DNA of 38,721 bases from Candidatus Zixiibacteriota bacterium (GCA_040235515.1 JBECKX010000077.1:1-38721); one strand, 5' to 3'. Shown: positions 1-8,532, numbered from the stretch's first letter. Numbers and translations: made by a program. Notes: generated from the letters alone by a model not told the origin.

Positions 1-1
1 T

Positions 2-88
2 GTAGGGCTCTCGCGGCTCGAACAGGATTCCAATCCCTGCGAGCAGACCAAAGCCCGCGCCGATCAGTAGCACAATTACGATGGACAT
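2..88 (-). CDS. N-terminus of a membrane protein, runs off the window start (partial)
   Basis: Not in the ORF track. Reverse strand has AGGAGG (95-100) then ATG at 88, reading MSIVIVLLIGAGFGLLAGIGILFEPREPY, a hydrophobic helix, open to the window edge. Confidence 0.65.
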   Translation of the reverse strand, partial: MSIVIVLLIGAGFGLLAGIGILFEPREPY

Positions 89-144
89 TATGCCCCTCCT
101 GTTAATAGCGGCCTACCGGGAAAGTACGCCGCGGACATTGCCCC

Positions 145-1656
145 CTACGGCTGCTCACCCGTGTGGCAGTCGTAGCAACCCATCTCCTCCCAGGCGCGAT
201 CGATATCCTCGGGATGATGGAACTCTAAGCCCTCACCCGTACTGTCTCGTTCAATTGCTCCATCGGGGCCCTGAGCCTGAATCAGGTGACAGGCATTGCA
301 GCTATGCGTGATCGTTTCGCCGGCCTCACTTTCGTGCAATCCACTGTGACAGCGCATACAGCCGACATCCGTGAAATGGCCGATATTATTGGGGTAGTTG
401 TACCAGTAAGCTTTCATATGCGGGAACATGTTCTGATTGAACGCGGTCTGTACTCCCGCGATCGCTTTTTCGATTTTTGCCTGATTGCCCGGAATTTCGA
501 GATACCCCCGCTCGGTGTATTCATCCTTGATACCGGAAGCAATCGCCTGCATCGCCGCCGGCTGAGTCTCATAGTCTTTGGCCATCAGCCCCACTGCAAC
601 CGACTTGATTTCCGGGATATCCGTATCAACTGTGTTTGACTGCAGCGCGCGATCCATCGCAAAATCAGGGGAATGATAGATGTGTGAAGGGCGATTGTGG
701 CAATCGATACAGTCCATCGTGCGCACTTCCATCGAGTCGATCATCTCCGGATCAAGTGGTTCATCGCTGTTTTGATATACCGTGACAGCGCCGGTAACCT
801 TGTCCGTTACCCGCACCCATGGAATATCCTGCCGTTTCTCGTCCCGTGGGATATACTCGATTTTGATATCGGGATTGATGTGCCAGTGGATGCCTGCGCG
901 CTGCCCCTCCACCGGTTCCCCGGTGTCGGTGATGATCTGCATCTCGATATTCCAGGTACTGTTCTCTTCATCGTAGCGGTAATGCTTGAATCGCCGCAGA
1001 CCGATACCGTAGGTTTTCTCGGGCCAATGGCACTCTTCGCAAGTTTCCCGGGCCGGACGAAGATCCTGGATCGGTGTGGGGATCGGTGTAGGATAAACTT
1101 CCGCCAACGCGGCATAGACCTGGTAGGCGCCAGATAGTTTTGAGCGGGCGTACCAGCCGGCGCCGGTGCCGACGTGGCACTCAACGCAGGCAACCCGCGC
1201 GTGCGGTGATTGCTGATACGCTGTGTATTGCGGTTCCATGATCGTGTGACAGAGCTTGCCACAGAACTCTACCGACTCCGAGTAGTGAAACGCCTCATAG
1301 CCACCCACCGCCGTGACAGCGCAGAAGCCGATTGTCCCCAGCACGAAAACGATTGTCGCATTCCGATGGCGCTTGTCATTGAGATCCACCACCGGCCACG
1401 TACCCTGCTTGAGCTCCTCACCCCTCTTGACCCGCCGCCATTGACGGTACATTCCGAGCGGAATCAGCAGCAGCCCCAGGATCAGGAACGCCGGCAGCAC
1501 CATGTAGAGGAAGATCCCGAAATAGGCGGGGGTCTGCGCCATCGTGAAGTTGATGATCAGCATGATCACGATGAAGAGCCCCGACACAAGCGCCATTGCG
1601 GCGCCCACTGCACTGATGAAGTTATAAGCTAAGCGGGGAAATCTGGCTTTTTCCAT
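145..1656 (-). CDS. NapC/NirT-family membrane-anchored multiheme cytochrome c (7 heme motifs)
   Basis: Three N-terminal hydrophobic helices. NapC-like segment FCGKLCH..M.P.Y..YQQSPH..VACVECH, plus CEECH, CIDCH, CMRCH, CNACH, CYDCH. GAGGAG SD upstream. Confidence 0.9.
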   Translation of the reverse strand: MEKARFPRLAYNFISAVGAAMALVSGLFIVIMLIINFTMAQTPAYFGIFLYMVLPAFLILGLLLIPLGMYRQWRRVKRGEELKQGTWPVVDLNDKRHRNATIVFVLGTIGFCAVTAVGGYEAFHYSESVEFCGKLCHTIMEPQYTAYQQSPHARVACVECHVGTGAGWYARSKLSGAYQVYAALAEVYPTPIPTPIQDLRPARETCEECHWPEKTYGIGLRRFKHYRYDEENSTWNIEMQIITDTGEPVEGQRAGIHWHINPDIKIEYIPRDEKRQDIPWVRVTDKVTGAVTVYQNSDEPLDPEMIDSMEVRTMDCIDCHNRPSHIYHSPDFAMDRALQSNTVDTDIPEIKSVAVGLMAKDYETQPAAMQAIASGIKDEYTERGYLEIPGNQAKIEKAIAGVQTAFNQNMFPHMKAYWYNYPNNIGHFTDVGCMRCHSGLHESEAGETITHSCNACHLIQAQGPDGAIERDSTGEGLEFHHPEDIDRAWEEMGCYDCHTGEQP

Positions 1657-1741
1657 TTCAATCTATCTCCTCTATACCACCCACATAAATCGAGGGTGGC
1701 TCTGACCTTGAAAAAATCTGGAAATCAGGATACGATATTTC

Positions 1742-1755
1742 CTGATTAGCATCAA
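1742..1755 (-). promoter_or_regulatory. FNR/Crp-family-like box TTGAT-GCTA-ATCAG
   Basis: 9/10 match to the FNR consensus TTGAT-N4-ATCAA, about 90 bp upstream of the cytochrome start. Confidence 0.5.
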
Positions 1756-1866
1756 GCCTCAAATATCGTAATTATTATCCGGGATAGAATGACTTGAGTC
1801 AAGCTCTCTGCTGATTCTCTCCGTCAAAGTCTGCACGGTGCGCTGAACCTGCGTACAACAAAGGGA

Positions 1867-1895
1867 TTGACTACGGCGCCATTCTTGAATATTAT
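1867..1895 (+). promoter_or_regulatory. sigma70-type promoter for the SRP RNA transcript
   Basis: TTGACT-N17-TATTAT; predicted start at about 1902. Confidence 0.6.
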
Positions 1896-1980
1896 CGGGC
1901 ACCGAACCCGGTGATCGGCCGCCAGGTGTGGATTGCAGCGGAAGACGCGTAATCATTGGCACGCACCGTACAAGATTCAC

Positions 1981-2080
1981 AGGCCAGGTCCCGCGCCGAT
2001 GCGAGCGCACCGAACCCCGTCAGGACTGGAAAGTAGCAGCGGTAGGTGAGAGCTTCATGTGCCGCGGGGTAGCCTGGTCT
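1981..2080 (+). ncRNA. ffs: Signal recognition particle RNA (S domain, 4.5S/scRNA-like)
   Basis: Helix-8 motif TCAGG-ACT-GGAA-AGT-AGCAGC. Flanks GGTCCCGCGC...CATGTGCCGCGGGGTAGCCTGG resemble the Bacillus scRNA S domain. AGGCCAGG/CCTGGTCT closing stem followed by a T-run. Classic position upstream of dnaX-ybaB-recR. Confidence 0.92.
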
Positions 2081-2128
2081 GTTTTTTTATTCCGTACGGT
2101 GGCCCGCAGTCCGGCGATCCCTGAAGCG

Positions 2129-2164
2129 GCAACTTCGGAGATAACTTCAGAGATAACTTGAAAG
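2129..2164 (+). repeat. Three tandem imperfect 12-bp repeats overlapping the dnaX -35
   Basis: GCAACTTCGGAG / ATAACTTCAGAG / ATAACTTGAAAG. Confidence 0.6.
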
Positions 2165-2186
2165 CCCGACGAGATTTGGGCATAAT
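2158..2186 (+). promoter_or_regulatory. sigma70-type promoter of dnaX with leaderless geometry
   Basis: TTGAAA-N17-CATAAT, then 6 nt, then ATG at 2193; no SD. Confidence 0.65.
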
Positions 2187-2192
2187 CCAACC

Positions 2193-3878
2193 ATGAGCTA
2201 TTTTGTCTTCGCCCGCAAGTATCGTCCTCAGACCTTTTCCGATGTGCTTGCGCAACGACATATCACCGAGACTTTGACCAAGGCGATCGTGAATGATCGT
2301 ATCTCGCAGTCATATCTTTTCTGCGGGGTGCGTGGTACGGGAAAGACTTCGGTAGCCCGTATCCTGGCCAAGCGCCTCAACTGCGCCAATCCCAGGGGCG
2401 CCGATCCCTGCAATGAATGTGATTCCTGCCAGGCAATTATGCAGGGGCGCTCGCTCGATATCCTTGAGATCGATGCCGCTTCCCATACCTCAGTGGATGA
2501 TATCCGCGAACTGCGGGAAGCGATCAAGTACGCGCCGGTGGGAGGAAAACGTAAGGTCTATATCATCGATGAAGTGCACCGTCTCAGCGGCTCGGCGTTC
2601 GATGCGTTACTGAAGACCCTCGAAGAACCACCCGCGCACGCTGTCTTTATCTTCGCGACCACCGAAGTTCACAAAGTGCCGCAGACGATTCTCTCCCGTT
2701 GTCAGCGCTACGACTTCAAACGCATCCCCGAGTCCGGCTTGCGTGAAGCCCTGGCCGAGATAGCCAGGCGGGAGAATCTTACCATCGAGCCTGCTGCCCT
2801 TGCCGAACTTGCCCGACGCGGGGATGGCTCGTTACGCGATGCGCTTTCGATCCTCGACCAGGTGGCATCTTGGCAGCATGAGACAATCACACTGGACCTG
2901 CTGACCGATGCGCTGGGTATCCTGCCCCGAACCGAGTACCGCAATTTGCTTGAGTCGATCAAAGAGCGCGAAGTGGCCGTGGTTATTCGCAAGATCGATG
3001 AAGTGCTCAAATCGGGCATTGGCGCCGCGGAATTCGTGCGCGGATTTCAAGAGGAGCTGCGGATGCTGCTTCTCTTCAAGGCTGCCCCCGACATCGCGCC
3101 CGACTACGGAGTAACAGCGGAAGAGGCCGGCACCTATGTGACGATGGCGAAGGATTACAGCCTCAACGACTTACTGCGCATCCAGAACCTGCTCGTTGCC
3201 CTCGAACAGAAGATCAGGGATGGGTTCGATCCGCAGATCAATATCGAACTGACACTGCTCAAACTGATAGAGATGAGCAGTTCAATCAGCGTCGAAGATG
3301 CTTTGCGCAGCCTCACCGGCAAGGCAGCCCCGATAGCAGACACGCACGCGGACAGCGCTTCAAAAAAAAAAGCGTCTGAACTAGCTCCGCGCCCCCAACC
3401 TCAACAAGCCGAGGTACCACCACCGACTGAGCAAGCACCCCGGCGGTTTGCAGCCGATTCGGAACAGGAACAGGTAGAGAGCCAGGCGGAGGGGGTTGAT
3501 CTCGATGAGATCTGGAAAAAACTGCTGGCCGCGCTCAAACCGACGCACCGCAATGCGCATATCAAGCTCTCGCTGGCGCAACCACGGTCGATTGAAGGCA
3601 ACAAGATCAAGGTCGCGTATGATCGTTACGGCGAAGTTCATGTGCAATATTTCCGCAGCCCGGATCTCCAGCGCACACTCGAAACCGTGGCTCGCAATGC
3701 TACGGGTAAGGCATACCATTTTCAGTTTTTCGTGGATGCCAATCTGGTTCACAAAGAAGAGAGCGGTGAAAAGCGGGTTACCCTCTTCGCGGAGAGTGAG
3801 CGGACGGACCATCCGGTGGTTGAGGATGCTATGCGCGTCTTCGATGCCGAAATTGTTGAGCGACACGACATCGAATGA
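2193..3878 (+). CDS. dnaX: DNA polymerase III subunit gamma/tau
   Basis: ARKYRPQTF, Walker A GVRGTGKT, C4 zinc module, EIDAAS, IIDEVH, LLKTLEEPP, SRC motif; Pro/Ala linker and a tau-like C-terminal domain. Confidence 0.97.
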   Translation: MSYFVFARKYRPQTFSDVLAQRHITETLTKAIVNDRISQSYLFCGVRGTGKTSVARILAKRLNCANPRGADPCNECDSCQAIMQGRSLDILEIDAASHTSVDDIRELREAIKYAPVGGKRKVYIIDEVHRLSGSAFDALLKTLEEPPAHAVFIFATTEVHKVPQTILSRCQRYDFKRIPESGLREALAEIARRENLTIEPAALAELARRGDGSLRDALSILDQVASWQHETITLDLLTDALGILPRTEYRNLLESIKEREVAVVIRKIDEVLKSGIGAAEFVRGFQEELRMLLLFKAAPDIAPDYGVTAEEAGTYVTMAKDYSLNDLLRIQNLLVALEQKIRDGFDPQINIELTLLKLIEMSSSISVEDALRSLTGKAAPIADTHADSASKKKASELAPRPQPQQAEVPPPTEQAPRRFAADSEQEQVESQAEGVDLDEIWKKLLAALKPTHRNAHIKLSLAQPRSIEGNKIKVAYDRYGEVHVQYFRSPDLQRTLETVARNATGKAYHFQFFVDANLVHKEESGEKRVTLFAESERTDHPVVEDAMRVFDAEIVERHDIE

Positions 3879-3932
3879 CGTTTAACTGTAGTTGAAGTTA
3901 ACTGATTTGTTATAGGAGAGGAGAGTCCGAGT

Positions 3933-4259
3933 ATGGCTAAAGGCTTCGGCGATATGATGAAGCAGGTGCAGAAGATGCAGGCCAGGATGCAGGAACTGCA
4001 GGAACAGCTCGATCGCGAGCTGGTCGAGGGCACCGCAGGTGGCGGCATGGTCAAAGCGGTCGTGACCGGCAAGGGGGACTTGAAGGAAGTTAAGATCGAT
4101 CCCGAGGTAGTCAAGGATGGCGACATCGAAATGCTCGAGGACCTGATCGTCTCGGCTATCACTCAGGCGCAGGAGAACGCGCAGCAAAAGCAGCAGGAGA
4201 CGATGGCGGAATTGACCGGTGGTTTGAATATCCCGGGTCTGGGCAATCTCGGTCTGTAG
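3933..4259 (+). CDS. ybaB: YbaB/EbfC nucleoid-associated protein
   Basis: MMKQVQKMQ..., GTAGGGMVKA, EMLEDLIVSA; located between dnaX and recR; AGGAG SD. Confidence 0.95.
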   Translation: MAKGFGDMMKQVQKMQARMQELQEQLDRELVEGTAGGGMVKAVVTGKGDLKEVKIDPEVVKDGDIEMLEDLIVSAITQAQENAQQKQQETMAELTGGLNIPGLGNLGL

Positions 4260-4274
4260 GCCGGGGGTATCCAT

Positions 4275-4880
4275 TTGGCAAAGCAGGTCGCATCTTCAGA
4301 TACGCTTGAAAAGCTGGTAAACCGGCTTTCGCGCATGCCCGGCATCGGGCGCAAGTCGGCGCAGCGGCTGGCGTTCTATATCCTCAAGCTCCCGAGCGAG
4401 GACTCCAGCGAATTGGCGCAGTTGATCAAGGATGTCAAAACCAAGGTCCGCGAGTGCTCGATCTGCTGCAACCTGACCGACGCAGACCCCTGCAGGATTT
4501 GCACCGACATGAAGCGAGATAAGTCGAAGATATGCGTTGTCGAAGAAGCGAGCGATCTGATCGCGCTGGACAAAGGCGAGGGATACCACGGGGTTTACCA
4601 TGTGCTCGGCGGTGTGCTCTCACCGCTCGACGGCATTGGCCCCGACGATCTCAAGATCAAGGAGCTGCTTGCGCGCGTGAAAGGTGAAGTGAGTGAAGTT
4701 ATTCTCGCTACCAGTCCCGATACCGAAGGAGAAGCGACCGCAGTCTACATTGCAAAGCTGCTCAAACCGTTCGGGATCAGGATTACACGGATCGCACGCG
4801 GACTCCCGGTCGGAACCGACCTGCAGTTTGCCGACAGCCAGACCCTTGCCAAGGCACTCGAAGGACGCGTTGATTTTTGA
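4275..4880 (+). CDS. recR: Recombination mediator RecR
   Basis: PGIGRKSAQRLA HhH, C4 zinc finger CSIC...CRIC, TOPRIM ICVVE, YHVLGGVLSPLDGIGP, EGEATA; TTG start. Confidence 0.97.
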   Translation: MAKQVASSDTLEKLVNRLSRMPGIGRKSAQRLAFYILKLPSEDSSELAQLIKDVKTKVRECSICCNLTDADPCRICTDMKRDKSKICVVEEASDLIALDKGEGYHGVYHVLGGVLSPLDGIGPDDLKIKELLARVKGEVSEVILATSPDTEGEATAVYIAKLLKPFGIRITRIARGLPVGTDLQFADSQTLAKALEGRVDF

Positions 4881-5314
4881 TTGTTGCGCGACTGTCTCAG
4901 CCCGCCGCGGCGGCCCTGTTATCTTTGCTTATCACCACCGCAACGATCATCCTTTCCTGCGAGTCAGATCGCATCACTCGCGACACCACCCGCCCGCACG
5001 AAGTCACCGATTTGAGCCTCGACAGCATTCGTGCTAACTCACTCTTCTTTTCCTGGACCGCTACCGGGGATGATAACACGCGGGGGAGAGCATCATTCTA
5101 TGACCTCCGCTACTCCCACGATCAGGCTACCTTACGGAACTGGGGCAACGCCACAGTAACGCAGGGGGAGCCGGTACCGTCCGAGCCGGGAACGCATGAG
5201 GTGATGGAGTTGCTTATCGCTCCGGTGGACTCGACCTACTACTTCGGCATCAAGGTATCGGATGACTCGCGGAATACGTCGCCGCTTTCCAACATCGTCA
5301 CGTATCAGCCGTAG
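4877..5314 (+). CDS. Putative lipoprotein with a fibronectin type III-like domain
   Basis: Hydrophobic signal ending ILSC; FN3-like VTDL...SWTATGDD...YDLRYS...YYFGIKVSD...SPLSN; start overlaps the recR stop. Confidence 0.75.
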   Translation: MIVARLSQPAAAALLSLLITTATIILSCESDRITRDTTRPHEVTDLSLDSIRANSLFFSWTATGDDNTRGRASFYDLRYSHDQATLRNWGNATVTQGEPVPSEPGTHEVMELLIAPVDSTYYFGIKVSDDSRNTSPLSNIVTYQP

Positions 5315-5425
5315 CCTGGTCCGCGCGAGCTCTCGCAGATTATAAACTCCTTGACAGATTCGCACTTCGACCGCTAATTACAGGCACACGAGCAACAACC
5401 CCCTATTTATTTTGCGAGGCACATC

Positions 5426-8077
5426 ATGAATACTACTTGCCTGCGTGGCGGGAGTCTGCTCACCTTTGCCCTGCTTATTCTGGTGTTATCCTCATCGCTG
5501 CTGGCACAAGGTGGACTTTCGGGCGAAGCCGTCTGGACCTTCGATCCTACCTGGAGAGTTGGCCACATTGCGGTCGATGATCTGACCGGCGATGGTGTCC
5601 CCGATATTCTCGCTGCTGAAAACAACCCCGACTATTATGGGGAAATCCACAAAGTCTATGGTATCAACGGCGAAAATGGTGACACACTGTGGGAATACAG
5701 TGTTGACGACGCGGTTCGTTCGTTTGCCGTCGGTGATATCGACGGTGACAGCATCCTGGATGTCGTTGCCGGTGCATCTTACAACTCGGCGACAACACCC
5801 GATGGGCGTGTGCATGCAATCAGCGGCGCCGACGGTTCGCAGATCTGGGTTTTCAATGTCGGCGCAACGGTCTCCGCGGTCACCGTGGGTGATCTCAACA
5901 ATGATAATCAACTGGATGTCGCCGCCGGAAGCTTCGACGACTTCATCTATGCCATCGATGGCGCCACAGGCTTGCTGCTCTGGAGTAAGGATATCGGCAG
6001 CCTCTGGATCAACGATCTTGCGGCAGTGGATGTCGACGCCGATGGTGACGATGATGTTGCCTACGCCCATGAGTATCTCGCCGGCTTCGACCAGTATTGC
6101 GGTGTACTCAACGGCAGCGATGGCAGCAAGATCTGGGAAGAGACAGTCTCCTATATCAACCTCACCGTTCACGCCGCCAACATCGACAGCGACTCGATCC
6201 CGGAAGTGATCTTCGGAACGGTGTTCGGTGATGACCACGCGGAAATCATGGTGCGCACCGGGAACACGGGCGAAATCGAGTGGAGTTTTAACCTCGGCTC
6301 GCTCGATCATACCAACGGTGAAATCAACCTGCATACCTTCGATGTGGACGAGGATAATGACCTCGACCTCCTGGTCGGCAACAATCTCGGAGTACGGGTA
6401 ATCTATGCCTTCGATGGGACCAACAACACGCCAATGTGGGCATCAGATACGCTTGACGGCTTTCCGGTCGACATCGCGGTCGGCGACGTGACCGATGACA
6501 AAGAACTGAATATCGTGGCTGCAACTTTCGATCGAGTCTCGGTACTCAACAGCGATGGCAGCATCCTCGAGTGGTACTACTCGGTCGCCGGAACGTTCGC
6601 CGGTGTGGAGGTTGCCGACTTCGACGGTGATGATGTCCTCGACATCGCTGCCTGCGGTTCGGCGGAGGGAACGTTCTCGCCACCCAATCCCGGCAAGGGT
6701 GTCTGGGTATTGCGAACCGCAGCATCACCCCTCCTATGGGAGCATGACTTCGGCCAGTACGGCAATGCCATTGCGATAGGCGATCTCAACGACGATGGCT
6801 ACGATGAAGTAGCCGCCGTTTGTTCGGTCGATGACAAGGTCTGGGTGATCGACGGTCAGAGCGGGCTGTTGCTCTGGAGCTGGACCGGCACCGCAAATCT
6901 ATACGCGGTCACGATGGGAGATTTCGACGGTGATGCCGATCTCGATGTTGCGGTTGCCGGAGATGATGATCGCGTAACCGCTCTCTATGGCAGCGACGGT
7001 TCGTTCATGTGGGAGTACCCGAATCCGGGGGATCAGATCTACCGCAAATGCCTGCAATCGGCCGACCTGAACGCCGACGGTGCGTGGGAAGTCATCGCGG
7101 GCAGTGATGATAGCTTTGTCTACGCGATCGACGGCCCCAGCGGCCTGACGCTCTGGTCGATGAATGTCGGCGGTGCGGTGGGAGAGGTTGAAATCGCTCA
7201 AATGAACGCAATTGGCGCACCGGATGTCGTCGTTGCGGTGGGCGGGAGCACTGCCGGACAGCGAGTCGCAGTACTGGACGGTTCTACCGGAAGTGAATTG
7301 TGGGACTTTGATGCACCGCAGGCGGTGGAGCATGTCGAAGTGTTTCATGCCAACCTTGATAGTGTCCCTGATGTCGCGCTGGCGGTTACCCCGATCAATC
7401 CGCGCCAGATAATTGCGGTTGATGGCGTCAGCCATACCCAACTCTGGAGTGCACCGGTCGAGGCGGCATCGAATACGCATAGCATGTCGCACGGAGACCT
7501 CAACGGCGATGGCATCGACGAGGTGATTGTGCCCGGCAACTCGACCAACAAGAATGTCTACGCACTGAATGGGGTCGATGGCTCAGAACTGTGGCACTAC
7601 TCGACCGGTGGAGAGGTCAACAGCGTGCTGGCATTTGATGTCGACAACGACTTCGAGATGGAGGTCATCGCCGGCTCCGATGATCAGAATATTTACGTGC
7701 TTGAACCACTGACCGGTGACACCTCCTGGGTTTACAGTTGCGCGGATGACGTGATGCACGTCGGGGTCGGGGATATCAGCAACGATGGTTTGCCGAATAT
7801 CGCCTGCGTAACGTTCGGTTCCAACGGCCTGGTCTATGCCTTCAATACCCTGGCCAGTGGCCCGCTCTATACCTGTGGTGATGCCGATGGCAACGAATCG
7901 GTCTCGATTGCCGATGCCGTCTATATCATTCAATTCATCTTCGGTGGAGGACCCGCACCCGATCCACCTGAAGCGGCCGATTGCGACTGCAGCGGTACCG
8001 TTTCGATCGGGGATGCCGTCTACCTGATCAATTTCATCTTTGGTGGAGGACCTGCGCCCTGTGCCGGCTGTCTGTAG
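5426..8077 (+). CDS. Secreted FG-GAP/calcium-blade beta-propeller protein with C-terminal dockerin-like domain
   Basis: Signal peptide ending LLA-Q. About 16 D(L/V/F)xGDGxxD(V/I)-type repeats, each with a PQQ-like ..G.tG..LW motif. C-terminal duplicated D.D..G/N.VSI.DAVY.I.FIFGGGPAP. Confidence 0.85.
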   Translation: MNTTCLRGGSLLTFALLILVLSSSLLAQGGLSGEAVWTFDPTWRVGHIAVDDLTGDGVPDILAAENNPDYYGEIHKVYGINGENGDTLWEYSVDDAVRSFAVGDIDGDSILDVVAGASYNSATTPDGRVHAISGADGSQIWVFNVGATVSAVTVGDLNNDNQLDVAAGSFDDFIYAIDGATGLLLWSKDIGSLWINDLAAVDVDADGDDDVAYAHEYLAGFDQYCGVLNGSDGSKIWEETVSYINLTVHAANIDSDSIPEVIFGTVFGDDHAEIMVRTGNTGEIEWSFNLGSLDHTNGEINLHTFDVDEDNDLDLLVGNNLGVRVIYAFDGTNNTPMWASDTLDGFPVDIAVGDVTDDKELNIVAATFDRVSVLNSDGSILEWYYSVAGTFAGVEVADFDGDDVLDIAACGSAEGTFSPPNPGKGVWVLRTAASPLLWEHDFGQYGNAIAIGDLNDDGYDEVAAVCSVDDKVWVIDGQSGLLLWSWTGTANLYAVTMGDFDGDADLDVAVAGDDDRVTALYGSDGSFMWEYPNPGDQIYRKCLQSADLNADGAWEVIAGSDDSFVYAIDGPSGLTLWSMNVGGAVGEVEIAQMNAIGAPDVVVAVGGSTAGQRVAVLDGSTGSELWDFDAPQAVEHVEVFHANLDSVPDVALAVTPINPRQIIAVDGVSHTQLWSAPVEAASNTHSMSHGDLNGDGIDEVIVPGNSTNKNVYALNGVDGSELWHYSTGGEVNSVLAFDVDNDFEMEVIAGSDDQNIYVLEPLTGDTSWVYSCADDVMHVGVGDISNDGLPNIACVTFGSNGLVYAFNTLASGPLYTCGDADGNESVSIADAVYIIQFIFGGGPAPDPPEAADCDCSGTVSIGDAVYLINFIFGGGPAPCAGCL

Positions 8078-8130
8078 CCGCCGAAGCTTGAAGCAAGAAC
8101 TTCTAATCTGATGGTGCTCTGTGCACCGAT

Positions 8131-8165
8131 GTAGGAGGGGAGCCACCGATCTGCCGGCTCCCCTC
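8131..8165. terminator. Hairpin between convergent genes (terminator or GTAG-type REP)
   Basis: GTAG followed by GAGGGGAGCC-N11-GGCTCCCCTC, a perfect 10-bp stem. Confidence 0.55.
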
Positions 8166-8180
8166 AACTATTGATATAGT

Positions 8181-8228
8181 GATATTGCAGCCGATACCGC
8201 AGCTAATACTACAGCTAATACTGCAGCC
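8181..8228. repeat. Four tandem imperfect 12-bp repeats overlapping the ABM gene stop
   Basis: GATATTGCAGCC / GATACCGCAGCT / AATACTACAGCT / AATACTGCAGCC. Confidence 0.65.
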
Positions 8229-8532
8229 GTTCGCGGATCTCGTAGTGTTGCGATTTCGTATCGAAGCGTGCGAGGACTTCCCTCGCTTTGGCGGGGACGT
8301 ACGCGGTCTCATAGTCGACGCCGGCGAAAGATTTGACATCTTCGATTGAATCGAACCACATGATCGTGATGAATTCCACTTCGCCGTTCAACGGTCTCCT
8401 GAAGAGTTGAATCCCGCGGTAGCCCGCTACCCCCTTCGCTGCAATTCCGGGAAAAATCTCCGACTTCAGCAGGCTTTCATACTTGTCAGCGTTGGCCGGC
8501 AATGTCCAGCCATGCCACACTCTTCCGATCAT
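8215..8532 (-). CDS. Antibiotic biosynthesis monooxygenase (ABM)-like dimeric alpha/beta barrel protein
   Basis: MIGRVWHGWT...GYRGIQLFRR...EFITIMWFDSIEDVKSFAG.DYE.A.VP; GGAGGT SD. Confidence 0.85.
   Translation of the reverse strand: MIGRVWHGWTLPANADKYESLLKSEIFPGIAAKGVAGYRGIQLFRRPLNGEVEFITIMWFDSIEDVKSFAGVDYETAYVPAKAREVLARFDTKSQHYEIRERLQY

Noticed and set aside
1760..1980. tRNA (often tRNA-Ser) next to ffs
   Set aside because: No cloverleaf, T-loop GTTCRA or CCA end was found.
3340..3420. E. coli-type stimulated -1 ribosomal frameshift in dnaX
   Set aside because: The in-frame A_AAA_AAG heptamer, the upstream internal SD and a strong downstream stem-loop are not evident; kept only as an A-tract slippage hypothesis.
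5492..7492. Long antisense ORFs (5492-6334, 6899-7492), and similar ones opposite tolB, gyrA and others
   Set aside because: Shadow frames of well-supported GC-rich genes, with no motifs or initiation signals.
8193..8217. TAG read-through (pyrrolysine or recoding) at the ABM gene end
   Set aside because: The ABM domain is already complete at the first TAG; the stacked TAGs are explained by the 12-bp tandem repeat, and TAG acts as a normal stop in conserved genes such as gyrB and ybaB.
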